Origin: Caecitellus pseudoparvulus
Taxonomy: Eukaryota > Protista > Bigyra: Bicosoecida
DNA: 64,000 bases
Direction of reading: 5' to 3'
Assembly (NCBI GenBank): GCA_965644315.1
Contig: CBFFRQ010000019.1
Location: forward strand, 372,001 to 436,000
The first letter of the stretch is position 1; each line of letters starts with the position of its first letter. The position numbers and the translations under genes are program-made. Of the stretch, positions 9,297 to 18,760 are shown piece by piece. The notes below the pieces were generated by a model. That model saw nothing but the letters and a program-made list of their open reading frames with translations. It had not been told where the DNA came from and ran no database searches.

Positions 9297-11148
9297 ATTT
9301 CCATAAACGCCTTTTACCTTTAAAAATTTGTTCTATTTGTTTAAACATTGGTCCGGAACCTTTTAAAAAATTAGTTGTGAATTTTGCGGGATTCATTCCT
9401 TGCCCTGTTAAATTAGTTCTTGTTGATGCTGTGTCTGTGTCTCCTTCTGATAAGGCATCCTCAGGGAAGTATTTCAAATATTCGTCTTCGTAATCTTCGT
9501 ATTTTTTTTTTGCTTTATTTAATCTTTTTAATATATCTAAACGTTTGGTTTTTGCTTCTTGGTCCTGTATTTCTGTTGGAACCGCTCCATATTCGCTGAT
9601 ATGTGGTAATAATTCATTACGATATATATCGTCATAAACTGTCGCTAATCTTTCAAGCTCTTCTGATGTTGGTAATTTTTTAGCTTCTTGAACTGGTGCC
9701 GCTTGTCCTGGTGGTGGTGGCTTAAATTCTGGCATTCCTCCATCTTCCGCTTGTTTTGGTTCTTTTGCTTCTCCTGTTGGTTTTCCAGCAGGACCTTTGG
9801 TAGGAAATATCGGTTTTCTATCACCTCTATTAGGTGTTGGTTTTTTAGCACCTTCGGTTGGTGCTGTTTTATTTGGTTTTGCTATTGGTGGTGCTTCTGC
9901 TCCCAATTCTTGAAGTTTATTCGTGATTTCTTCTAATGCTTTTAGTAATCCTTCTCGTTTATCTCTTGACATCTTATAGCGCATCTCTTTTCCTTTATTC
10001 TCAAATTTATTAATATGTTTTTGTAGTTCTTGATTTTCTTTCTTAAATTGTTTTAATAATTTCTTTATTTCTTTTTGTCTTTCTTCCTCCTTCTTTCTTT
10101 CTGCTTCCCTTTCTTCTTCTCTCATATCTTCAAAATCTTTTAATCCTCTTTCTTCTCCTCTATCTTTTAAGCTTGGGTTCTTTTTCTTTTTCTTGTCAGC
10201 TTCAAAATATTCTTTTATTTCATCATAAGCACTTTTATTGATAACGTCTTTTAATGATTTATAACCACGTTTTAAAATATCGTCAATTCTTTTCAATTCT
10301 GGATTAAAGATTTTATTTTTAGGTGCCATAATAATATTTTTAAATTGTTCGTTAAATGCCTGTTTTCTGGTATCTGGTGATGTTCCATAACTATTAATAA
10401 GGGCTTGTAAAGTTAAATAAATTTTAAAAATAACCTCGTAATAATCAACACGCTCTAAATAATCCAAATACAAATCGCCTCTTTTCCTTTCTTGTTTTCC
10501 GTCTCGTTTTTCAAGATAGGTTCCGAAAATATCACGCCCTAAATACAATTCATCTATATTAGTTAAATAATTATCTAAATGTGCCTCTGTAATTTGTGCG
10601 TATCTTTCTAATGTTTGTTTATCTAAATCTAAGCCGTATTGCTTCAAATTCCCTAATGCCTGTTTTGCGTCTTTATTCATTGATGAAATATAAGATAATG
10701 AAAAATCAGCACTTGTTAAAGAACTAAAAAATAACTCTAAAGAGGTTGAAACGGTATCTGGTATCTCTTGTGCTGTTTGTTGTTGTCTTTGTTGTGCTGG
10801 TAATCCTGCACTTAATTGCTCTAATTGTAAAGCCCTATTTTTAAGCTGGTTCATTATTAAATTATGCCCTTCTCTTGTTTGTGCCCCTCCAGCCGCTTGC
10901 GTCCGGTCGTGCCTGATTAAATCTTCAATTTGTTTCATTTGTGATAAATTAGAAGTATTAAAAGAATGAGAAGACATACGATTAAAACTACCTGTTGGAT
11001 TTGGCTTGGGTTGGTTTTGATATTGCCCCCTTAATGAATAATTAATATAGTTTTGAGTATTTTTTAACCCTTCCATAACTTGGCGTCGCATACGTTCCGC
11101 CTGTTCGTCATGAAACATATTAAATTTATTTTCTGTCATTATATACAT
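9295..11148 (-). CDS. Conserved virophage protein (probable core/structural), N-terminal half shared with element B
   Basis: Shares SLELFFS, LERYAQITE.HLDNYL and YLDYLERV.YYEVIFKIYL with 27315-29207; Pro/Lys/Glu-rich C-terminus with GQG and GSG motifs. Confidence 0.75.
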   Translation of the reverse strand: MYIMTENKFNMFHDEQAERMRRQVMEGLKNTQNYINYSLRGQYQNQPKPNPTGSFNRMSSHSFNTSNLSQMKQIEDLIRHDRTQAAGGAQTREGHNLIMNQLKNRALQLEQLSAGLPAQQRQQQTAQEIPDTVSTSLELFFSSLTSADFSLSYISSMNKDAKQALGNLKQYGLDLDKQTLERYAQITEAHLDNYLTNIDELYLGRDIFGTYLEKRDGKQERKRGDLYLDYLERVDYYEVIFKIYLTLQALINSYGTSPDTRKQAFNEQFKNIIMAPKNKIFNPELKRIDDILKRGYKSLKDVINKSAYDEIKEYFEADKKKKKNPSLKDRGEERGLKDFEDMREEEREAERKKEEERQKEIKKLLKQFKKENQELQKHINKFENKGKEMRYKMSRDKREGLLKALEEITNKLQELGAEAPPIAKPNKTAPTEGAKKPTPNRGDRKPIFPTKGPAGKPTGEAKEPKQAEDGGMPEFKPPPPGQAAPVQEAKKLPTSEELERLATVYDDIYRNELLPHISEYGAVPTEIQDQEAKTKRLDILKRLNKAKKKYEDYEDEYLKYFPEDALSEGDTDTASTRTNLTGQGMNPAKFTTNFLKGSGPMFKQIEQIFKGKRRLWK

Positions 11149-11219
11149 ATATAAAATAAATTATATAAATGATATAATATTTTTTAACATTATATTATTT
11201 AGATATTTATAATAAATAT

Positions 11220-11831
11220 TTAATCCATTAATTTATTTTCTTTGATATATTTTGAGGCTTGACCTAATGTAAAGCCATATTTTTTCATTAATTCTTTTAT
11301 TAATTGTCCTCGTTTCTTTTGTTTTGCTGATGGTTGGCGTTTTTTCTTTTTTTGTGCTTTCCCGTATCCTACCGCTTCTAAACCTGCTTTAATTTTATCA
11401 CCATATGGCAGCACGGGTGAAATTGTTTTAATAACTTTTCCTGCGGGTTTCCATACTGCGTTAAAACCCCGCTTGAAACCATCCCAGAAGCTTTCCCCGC
11501 CTTCTAAATGCTTAAAATGTTTTTGTAATTCCCGGGCATATTCTTCGCCTAGTTTAGCACCTCCAGCAGCTCCACCATTTAAAAAATCTCCTTGAACTCT
11601 ACCTCCTCGTTTCTTGGGTGGTTTTTCAAGACTTCTATTGGTTCCTAATAAACCGTCTAAACGTTTATAATTAATATTATCAAATGTTTTTTCTTTGTTT
11701 TTTAAATCGCCGTAATAAGTCTGACCTCCTACCGTTCTTTCACAACATCCCGCCCCGCTTTGATTTTCTAACGTTCTATTTTGTTCGAGTTTTAATAATA
11801 ATTCTCTGACTTCGTTATTATTCATTGACAT
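11220..11831 (-). CDS. Small basic core protein with GG motifs and an amphipathic helix
   Basis: Repeated GG sites; GG.SFW..FK.GF..VWKPAGKVIK amphipathic segment; C-terminal LGQASKYIKEN; ortholog at 29271-29912. Confidence 0.75.
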   Translation of the reverse strand: MSMNNNEVRELLLKLEQNRTLENQSGAGCCERTVGGQTYYGDLKNKEKTFDNINYKRLDGLLGTNRSLEKPPKKRGGRVQGDFLNGGAAGGAKLGEEYARELQKHFKHLEGGESFWDGFKRGFNAVWKPAGKVIKTISPVLPYGDKIKAGLEAVGYGKAQKKKKRQPSAKQKKRGQLIKELMKKYGFTLGQASKYIKENKLMD

Positions 11832-13834
11832 TATATAGATTTAGAAAATTTATTTAATATCTTAAATAATATATTTTGTAAATCTTGTAAGTTTTCTTCC
11901 ATATTATCAGGATGTTTTAATATTGCTTTTATACTTAATAAAATATTTTTTTCATTTTTTAAATATTCATTAACAGAATAAATATTGGATAATCTATATA
12001 TAAAACTTTCTATAACATTTATTATTTTTTCATTATTTGAATATTCAGTTTTAGATATTTTCATAACATTTAATAACGCCTCAATATCATTAATAACACT
12101 ATATATAATACCGGCTTGACCGTTAAAAAAATTTGTTAGTTCTTTTAATCTTCTTAATGCTCTTTTTTTGGTTTCTTTATTTTTTGTATATGTGAAAGTA
12201 TGTTTTAATTTTGAATATTCACGCTTTAGAGCTTTGAAATATTGACCCTTTATTTTATATGTTCTTATTTGGTCGTTTAAATTATCTTTCACATTAACCA
12301 TAAAATTATTTATTCTTTTATTTGTTTTATCGTCTCGTAATTCATAGATTATAGAAAAATCAATAAATTTATTTCTTGTAAATCCTACAACGTCTAATTT
12401 AAATAATCCATCACTTTTAAAAGCATCTAATAAACTAATATATTTATTTTTTGATAATTCTTTATAACCGTCTAATATTTCTTCTGGAGTCCATCTTAAA
12501 ATATGATATCTTAATTTATTTTTTATAATATCTAATTCGTCCGGTGTTGGTTTTGCTTTAATGAGTTTTAATAATTCTTGTTTTTCATGTTTTGATAAAA
12601 AATATAATTTATCTTTTATATCTTTCTTAATTTGTTTTTGGTTATATCCTATTAATCTATTATTTTTATAATATATATCATTGTTTAAAATTTTAAATTC
12701 TGGAAATTCTCCTATTTTAATATCTCCTAAATATATATTTTTTGTATTCAATATATTTAATATTTTGTCTTGAAATTTATTTTCTAAATCCTCTAAGTTT
12801 TTAACCTTTATAACCTCGTATAAATCAAAATCTGAAGGATATAAAGTAGCCTTAATAGCTGATGAGCCCATAACCTCAACATTTTTATAATTGAATGATA
12901 ATAATTTTATTATTTCGTTTGTTTCTATTCCATAATTTATAGGTTTCTTTTTTGTTAATATATTAGCTTCTGCCCCTGCTCCTGTAAGTTTATTCCACCA
13001 AGCCCCCAGCCTTGTTGTCATTTTAGCAAAGGGTGATAAATAAGACGCTTTCTTCTCTAATTCATTATAAATCTCTTTAATATCCTGAAAAACGAATTCT
13101 TTATTTCTTTGGTTATCAAGGTTATTGGCTGTTAAAACTGACATAATAAAATTTTGACAATTATTATTAAAGGCGTCATAATCAAAAAATAATTTATCCC
13201 CCATAAATTCTCTTGTTTTATTCACCATTTGATTTAATGTTAAACCTCCTTTATAATTTTCAACCGTTGTTGCTTCGCTTAATTCTGTATATGATTTCTT
13301 ATAATTAAATGATATATTAACCTCTGCTAATTTTTCTAAAATCACGTATCGCCCATCAATGGATAAAACCAAAGCCAAGTGAAAAAATTTATCAAATCCG
13401 TGCTGTTCCATTAATTGTTTAAAATATCCAAATGATAACGTATCTAAAATACTAACTAACGTTTTATTTACTGGTGTTCTAATAATTGTTATATTATTAA
13501 TTATTTTATCTCCTACTTCTTCTAATGTTCGTCTGCTTTCATTTGTTAAACGTGTTCTATAATCAAAAGGCTTTGTTATTGTATCTTCTATTTTTTGAAC
13601 TGGTTTAAATGTATCTTTTACCTTATTATAACCTTTCTTTAAAAATGAAAATGTTGAATTTGCTTTGCTTCTGAAAAAATCTTTTATTCCTGCTCCTGTT
13701 TGTATATCATGTTTTAGAACTGTTATAATATCTTTTTTTTTAAAATTTGAGGGTGGATATTTTCCATATTGATATTTAAAAAATTCTTTTAATTCTTGTT
13801 TTTTAAATTTATTCAAGTTCATATTAAATAACAT
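11831..13834 (-). CDS. Multidomain protein: HeH-like N-terminus, permuted papain-like peptidase, Pol-beta-type nucleotidyltransferase
   Basis: FHLAL...LEK...YDAFNNNCQNF (His before Cys); VMGSSAIKATLYPSDFDLYE (hGS...DxD) with later KLD; domains separated by TGAG motifs. Confidence 0.7.
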   Translation of the reverse strand: MLFNMNLNKFKKQELKEFFKYQYGKYPPSNFKKKDIITVLKHDIQTGAGIKDFFRSKANSTFSFLKKGYNKVKDTFKPVQKIEDTITKPFDYRTRLTNESRRTLEEVGDKIINNITIIRTPVNKTLVSILDTLSFGYFKQLMEQHGFDKFFHLALVLSIDGRYVILEKLAEVNISFNYKKSYTELSEATTVENYKGGLTLNQMVNKTREFMGDKLFFDYDAFNNNCQNFIMSVLTANNLDNQRNKEFVFQDIKEIYNELEKKASYLSPFAKMTTRLGAWWNKLTGAGAEANILTKKKPINYGIETNEIIKLLSFNYKNVEVMGSSAIKATLYPSDFDLYEVIKVKNLEDLENKFQDKILNILNTKNIYLGDIKIGEFPEFKILNNDIYYKNNRLIGYNQKQIKKDIKDKLYFLSKHEKQELLKLIKAKPTPDELDIIKNKLRYHILRWTPEEILDGYKELSKNKYISLLDAFKSDGLFKLDVVGFTRNKFIDFSIIYELRDDKTNKRINNFMVNVKDNLNDQIRTYKIKGQYFKALKREYSKLKHTFTYTKNKETKKRALRRLKELTNFFNGQAGIIYSVINDIEALLNVMKISKTEYSNNEKIINVIESFIYRLSNIYSVNEYLKNEKNILLSIKAILKHPDNMEENLQDLQNILFKILNKFSKSI

Positions 13835-13866
13835 TATAAAAAATCTTTTATTAGATTCTTTATAAT
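13833..13866 (-). terminator. 14-bp hairpin immediately downstream of the PolB stop codon
   Basis: ATTATAAAAAATCT-TTTATT-AGATTCTTTATAAT; the single mismatch becomes a G:U pair in the minus-strand transcript. Confidence 0.55.
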
Positions 13867-13870
13867 ATTT

Positions 13871-15823
13871 TTAGATTATTTTATTTACATTTACTATATT
13901 GATTTTATCTTTTTCATATTCTATTTTTAATCCTCCTAATTCGTTATTCCTTAATTTATCTTTGCCTAATCCTTGAATTTCATTAATAATTATATTTTTA
14001 TCGGTTATAAATCCATCTGTGTGTATTCTATATATTTTATTTGTATCTTTTATATATTTTTCAATTATTGAAGATATTAAAACCCGCCCTTTAGCTGTAA
14101 GAAAACAACTCAAGCGGCTTAAATCTGTATTAAATGGATTATCTGGGCTGTAATTCACAATATAATTTTTATTATCATTAGAAGGATGAATAAAATTAAT
14201 ATTGTTTATACTTTGATTATATGTTTTTAATGATGTTATTTTAAAATTCTTAGAACATAACAAACCCCATAAACGATTTAATAACATTTTAGGGATTTTA
14301 TTTGTTTTATATTTTTGTTTTAATGTTATCATCTTTTTAACGTAATCTTTAAAAACCATTGAACCATTAACCCGGCTTTTAGAATCATAGAATAAAAAAT
14401 TATATCTTCCATCTTGGATTAATTCAATATTATAATTGAGTTCTTTTGCTCTGGTTAATTCGTAGCTAGTGTAAAAATTAGATTGTTTCACATTAAATAA
14501 GGCATCGTCAATTTTTCCTGTTATTTTTGCTCTATAAATTCCAAATCTATAAAATTTTGGAGTTTCTGTTAATTTTTCAAATTTACCTGTTTTAGTTGGC
14601 ATTAAAAAATGTTGATGTTGTAGAATATATGGATATTGACTGTTAATATCATAACATCTAACATTTTTATATTTTCCTTTCTTACAATGGATTAAACCAC
14701 CACTAAAACATTTATTTAAAAAATGGATTTCTAATGGATTTTCTAAAGGTTCAATATTTAATTTTTGAGAAATATAATAACATTCATTTTTAATAAAATC
14801 TGAGATTGATTTGAATTTTAATATATCAACATCTTTTTTAATTTCGTTAATATCATTCTTATATTTTTCATATTCTGATTTAATATCATTCTTTGTGTTG
14901 GATTGGTAAAAATGAAAATGTTTTTTATAGATGTCTTTATAAAAAGTTATCTTATCGGTCTTTTCTTCTGTGATTCCATCATAATAAATAATGAAATCTA
15001 AATTTTCCTGATATATGATAATTTTTAAATCTGATTTATGTTTTTTGATTCCTGATAATCCTTTTCTTTTATTATATTTATTTTTTAAATGTCCGTCTTT
15101 GTATTGTAAATTAACTGTTTGTGGGTTTGACTTGGTTGATAAAATAGGATTCTCAAAACCATAAACATTAATGTTAATATTTAGTTTATCTTCTATTTTT
15201 GAAATGTCCTTTAATGGCACTTTGTCTTTTCTATCTAAATTTAAAAAATTCTTTAAACGTCCCGCAGTTGTAAAAGGTTTCATCCTGTCTTCTCCTATTA
15301 CTCGTCTTATAGATAAATATAAACAATCGTTATATTCACTGTTTGCTCCTGCTTCTGTTTGTTCTGGTTCTATATGTGGTCTTGTTGTAATACATACACC
15401 ATAAACATATTTAATATTAGGTGCGTTATATTGATTAAAAAAATCTTTAATTTTGATTCTTTGTCCTGGATTCTTAAAACCATTTGAAATATTACGCCAT
15501 CCAATAGAAAATAAAACGCTTATATTATAATCTAAGTTTCTATATTGTGCCAATTTTGATAATACATTTAAATAATTTTGAGTTGTTTTTATTGTTGTCC
15601 CTTTTAATTGCTCTCTTACTGTTTGAGAATAATATTTTAAATCCTCAGGGTTATCGATTGTATCATCAAAATTTAAATAATCGCTTTCGTCATTATCAGA
15701 AACTCCAAATAAAGTAATTTTTAAATCTCCATCTTTATATTTTTTTGTTTTCTGGTCTAATGTCTTAAATGTTAAAGCTGCTTTTTGTTCGTTTCTTGTG
15801 AATGTTGGTTTCTCTTGAGCCAT
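13871..15823 (-). CDS. Family B DNA polymerase, short protein-primed type
   Basis: FSGG, motif A YDINSQYP, motif B KMLLNRLWG, motif C HTDGF. The N-terminal NDCLY...GH segment resembles the OTU-like domain of Polinton pPolBs. No clear exonuclease motifs. Confidence 0.85.
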   Translation of the reverse strand: MAQEKPTFTRNEQKAALTFKTLDQKTKKYKDGDLKITLFGVSDNDESDYLNFDDTIDNPEDLKYYSQTVREQLKGTTIKTTQNYLNVLSKLAQYRNLDYNISVLFSIGWRNISNGFKNPGQRIKIKDFFNQYNAPNIKYVYGVCITTRPHIEPEQTEAGANSEYNDCLYLSIRRVIGEDRMKPFTTAGRLKNFLNLDRKDKVPLKDISKIEDKLNININVYGFENPILSTKSNPQTVNLQYKDGHLKNKYNKRKGLSGIKKHKSDLKIIIYQENLDFIIYYDGITEEKTDKITFYKDIYKKHFHFYQSNTKNDIKSEYEKYKNDINEIKKDVDILKFKSISDFIKNECYYISQKLNIEPLENPLEIHFLNKCFSGGLIHCKKGKYKNVRCYDINSQYPYILQHQHFLMPTKTGKFEKLTETPKFYRFGIYRAKITGKIDDALFNVKQSNFYTSYELTRAKELNYNIELIQDGRYNFLFYDSKSRVNGSMVFKDYVKKMITLKQKYKTNKIPKMLLNRLWGLLCSKNFKITSLKTYNQSINNINFIHPSNDNKNYIVNYSPDNPFNTDLSRLSCFLTAKGRVLISSIIEKYIKDTNKIYRIHTDGFITDKNIIINEIQGLGKDKLRNNELGGLKIEYEKDKINIVNVNKII

Positions 15824-15836
15824 TATATATATTATA

Positions 15837-15869
15837 CTAGATAAAATATTTTTTCTTTAAACATATTTT
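15837..15869 (-). promoter_or_regulatory. 33-bp conserved upstream element, copy 1 (PolB)
   Basis: CTAGATAAAATATTTTTTCTTTAAACATATTTT, identical at 16679-16711 and 18761-18793; reads ...TTTAAAGAAAAAATATTTTATCTAG on the coding strand, 9-13 nt before the ATG. Confidence 0.8.
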
Positions 15870-15883
15870 ATTTAGATATTTTC

Positions 15884-16669
15884 TTAAATTATAAAATCAT
15901 CTCTTGAAATATTATTAAATAGTCCTAATCTTTCAGCATTATCAGGATGATAAACAACGCTTAAGAATTCATCTAATACATTTTTATAATGTTTTTTGTG
16001 TTTTTCTTTATGTTGTTGAATTTGTTTATAATCATTTAATATTTTAGAAGACCATTTAAAATGTGGAAATATTGATATTAAATCATAAAAGAAACATTCT
16101 TTTTTTTCAATTGATGATATATCCCATTTTTTGCGTGGATACTTATATAACCATTCTATTTTAAAATTATCAGATAATGTTATTAATCCAAATTTCCATT
16201 TTATATTTTTACATTCATTAACCCAGCTAATATCAAAATTATCATTATATAATAATAAGCATTTGTCCCATTTATCATAATGAATAGAATTTATTATATT
16301 AGTATTTATAAAATTCTGAAATGATAAATATTCATAATTCCAGTATTTATCAGGGTATTTTTTAACGAATTCAAAATCCTCTTTATTTTTTATAAATTTT
16401 GATAATGTATAATATCGCCAGTCTTTGTCAGGGTATTTTTTAACGAATTCAAAATCCTCTTTATTTTTAATTTTTCTTGATAATGTGTAATAATTCCAGT
16501 CTTTATCAGGGTATTTTTTGACGAAATCCAAATCTAAATCTTTTAATCCAGAAACGAAATCATAATTCCATTTCTCGTTATGTGGGTCTTTTTTAATATC
16601 TTTCATATCATATTTTGTGTAAATAATTTCAAAATTTACAAAACTCCTGCTAAAATCAATGTAAGCCAT
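15884..16669 (-). CDS. Giant-virus-type YPDKxW repeat protein
   Basis: Repeats of FVKKYPDKDW.YYTLS..IKNKEDFE followed by degenerate copies; C-terminal YHPD motif. Confidence 0.7.
   Translation of the reverse strand: MAYIDFSRSFVNFEIIYTKYDMKDIKKDPHNEKWNYDFVSGLKDLDLDFVKKYPDKDWNYYTLSRKIKNKEDFEFVKKYPDKDWRYYTLSKFIKNKEDFEFVKKYPDKYWNYEYLSFQNFINTNIINSIHYDKWDKCLLLYNDNFDISWVNECKNIKWKFGLITLSDNFKIEWLYKYPRKKWDISSIEKKECFFYDLISIFPHFKWSSKILNDYKQIQQHKEKHKKHYKNVLDEFLSVVYHPDNAERLGLFNNISRDDFII
16322..16530. repeat. 78-bp tandem coding repeat (about 2.7 copies)
   Basis: CCAGT...TCAGGGTATTTTTT.ACGAA anchors at 16340, 16418 and 16496 (spacing 78 bp, 26 aa). Confidence 0.9.
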
Positions 16670-16678
16670 TATATATAC

Positions 16679-16711
16679 CTAGATAAAATATTTTTTCTTT
16701 AAACATATTTT
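16679..16711 (-). promoter_or_regulatory. 33-bp conserved upstream element, copy 2 (repeat protein); partial extra copy at 16726-16743
   Basis: Exact match to copy 1. Confidence 0.8.
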
Positions 16712-16743
16712 ATTTTTTAAAAATCCTAGATAAAATATTTTTT

Positions 16744-16983
16744 TTAATTTTCAAAAGCTTTCATTATCTTTAAGTGTTTATGCTTTAATCCTCGGCAGTG
16801 TTTAGGGTAATTGTAAAATTTAACGTCTTTTTCGCATATATCACACCTTATAACCCGGTTCATTTGCTTTAATATTTTATCTTTGTTTTTTTCATAATAT
16901 TTCTTATTATATTCTCTGACTTTTTCAGGCTCTTTAGATGGTGTTATTTTCTTTTCAGGTTTTAAAGAATTTTCAATATTCAT
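16744..16983 (-). CDS. Small C2H2 zinc-ribbon protein
   Basis: YYEKNKDKI basic helix then CDIC...YPKHCRGLKH; TCTA motif upstream. Confidence 0.75.
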   Translation of the reverse strand: MNIENSLKPEKKITPSKEPEKVREYNKKYYEKNKDKILKQMNRVIRCDICEKDVKFYNYPKHCRGLKHKHLKIMKAFEN

Positions 16984-17024
16984 TAATTGAATATAGAAAA
17001 TTATTTTTTTAAATATTAAAAATC

Positions 17025-18749
17025 TTATATTGAAATTTTAAATAAATCTTTTTGTTCTGAATTATTAGATATTTTATCTGCTGTCATACTACTTAAATTT
17101 TTATTTAATTTCTGGTGTTTATCTGATAAATTTATTATCTCTTCTTCTTCTTCTTCTTCTTCGTCGCTGTCTTCTTCTTCGCTGTCATCCTCAATTTTAT
17201 CTTCTTCTTTTTTTATAAGATTTAGTTTTAATGCTCTTAATTCATCCTTTAATTTTTTTAATTCTTGGGCTTGTTCTATACATATTTTTTTATATTTTAA
17301 AGCTTGAGATTTATAATTATTATCGTTTGGTTGTTGTTCTTCTTCTTCCTCTTGAAAATCTATTTCTTCTTCTTCGTCTTCTTCTTCGTCGTCTTCATAT
17401 TCTGATTTAAAATTCCATTTATAATTTTCTGATATTTTCTTTAATTCATCATATGAAATTTTATAAACGCTACAACCGTCTAATTTTTTATTATATTTCT
17501 TTATTCCCCAGTGTTCTAGTCTATCATAAAAAAAAACTGATGTTTTACGTGATTTAGTGTTTATAGTTTCTTTATATACTTTTTCATAATAATTAGCATA
17601 TTTAAAAAATAAATCTCGACATTTTATTTTTTCTATTCCTTTATTTTTGAATAAATATTTTTCTCTTATGAATGATATATAAGGGTCAAAAGATTTTAAA
17701 TGAGCTTTTATTTTTGAATCCGTTATTGGCATTCTAAGTGGTTGAAAATCTGAAATATCAACACTATTAAAAAAATTAAATAATGCTTTTGAAAAATTTT
17801 CATTATGAACATAATTATTGTGAATATTGTCCCAGTATTCGTTATTACCTAATAAGCTTGAGTCAATATCTAAAATAAAATATCTTCTGCCTTGGTCGTC
17901 TTTGATTGCGTAATATTCATTTGATAGAGAAATAAAATTTGAAACATTCTTAATATTTTCTAATGGGTTTTTATTTTTCTCTTCATAATTTAAATATGGA
18001 TTCGTGATATAATCTCTTAGTCTTGCTGCTGCTGCTGCTTTTTGTCCTCTTGTTGTTCCTCCGGTGAGTTCTTCAAAATATACGCATATTTTAGCCATTA
18101 ACTCCATATTAAATTTTTCAATTAGTGGTTGAGATGATGAATTAATAACATTCTTAAGCCCCAGCATATCTTCAATAAATCTAATTAAGGTAGATTTCCC
18201 GCAGCCTTCGGGTCCCTTTAAAACTATCATTGATGTATTTTTATTACCTTGAATCATATTAGCAATCCATTTTATTAAATAATTATAATTCTCGACGTTT
18301 CCATTTGATAAGACACGCAAAAAATAATTTTTTAATAAATAATCAACTTTCTCTTTTAATTCTGTTGATATTTCCTCATATGGTTCAGGTTTAAATTTAA
18401 GAGGTGGTAATAAATTAAACTCGTTTTCTTTTAATTCTTCGTGATGAAATTTAACAACTGCTTTTTTAAATCCAATATATGAATTTTTGAACCAATATTT
18501 TAAAGGCTTAGGGAACACCTGTAATTTTTTATTAAAAATTTTATCAGATATAAATTTATCATTAACTATGTATTTTTCAGCATCTTCACATTTAAAAATA
18601 GTTTTAGATATGTAATCTTTACATTTTAATAATAAATCCTCATCTTTTAAATTCTTATTACGTGCTTTTTTAACTATGTCTTCTATTGCTTCTTCTTCAT
18701 ACATTTTTATAAGTTTATCAATTGTGAATTTTGGTTGTTGAATATCCAT
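17025..18749 (-). CDS. SF3 (D5/NrS-1-like) helicase with acidic C-terminal tracts; true start probably 18749
   Basis: Walker A GPEGCGKST, Walker B VYFEE, ISLSN motif C, GRRY arginine finger. The ORF-track start at 18788 lies inside the promoter element. Confidence 0.88.
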   Translation of the reverse strand: MDIQQPKFTIDKLIKMYEEEAIEDIVKKARNKNLKDEDLLLKCKDYISKTIFKCEDAEKYIVNDKFISDKIFNKKLQVFPKPLKYWFKNSYIGFKKAVVKFHHEELKENEFNLLPPLKFKPEPYEEISTELKEKVDYLLKNYFLRVLSNGNVENYNYLIKWIANMIQGNKNTSMIVLKGPEGCGKSTLIRFIEDMLGLKNVINSSSQPLIEKFNMELMAKICVYFEELTGGTTRGQKAAAAARLRDYITNPYLNYEEKNKNPLENIKNVSNFISLSNEYYAIKDDQGRRYFILDIDSSLLGNNEYWDNIHNNYVHNENFSKALFNFFNSVDISDFQPLRMPITDSKIKAHLKSFDPYISFIREKYLFKNKGIEKIKCRDLFFKYANYYEKVYKETINTKSRKTSVFFYDRLEHWGIKKYNKKLDGCSVYKISYDELKKISENYKWNFKSEYEDDEEEDEEEEIDFQEEEEEQQPNDNNYKSQALKYKKICIEQAQELKKLKDELRALKLNLIKKEEDKIEDDSEEEDSDEEEEEEEEIINLSDKHQKLNKNLSSMTADKISNNSEQKDLFKISI

Positions 18750-18760
18750 TATATAATATA

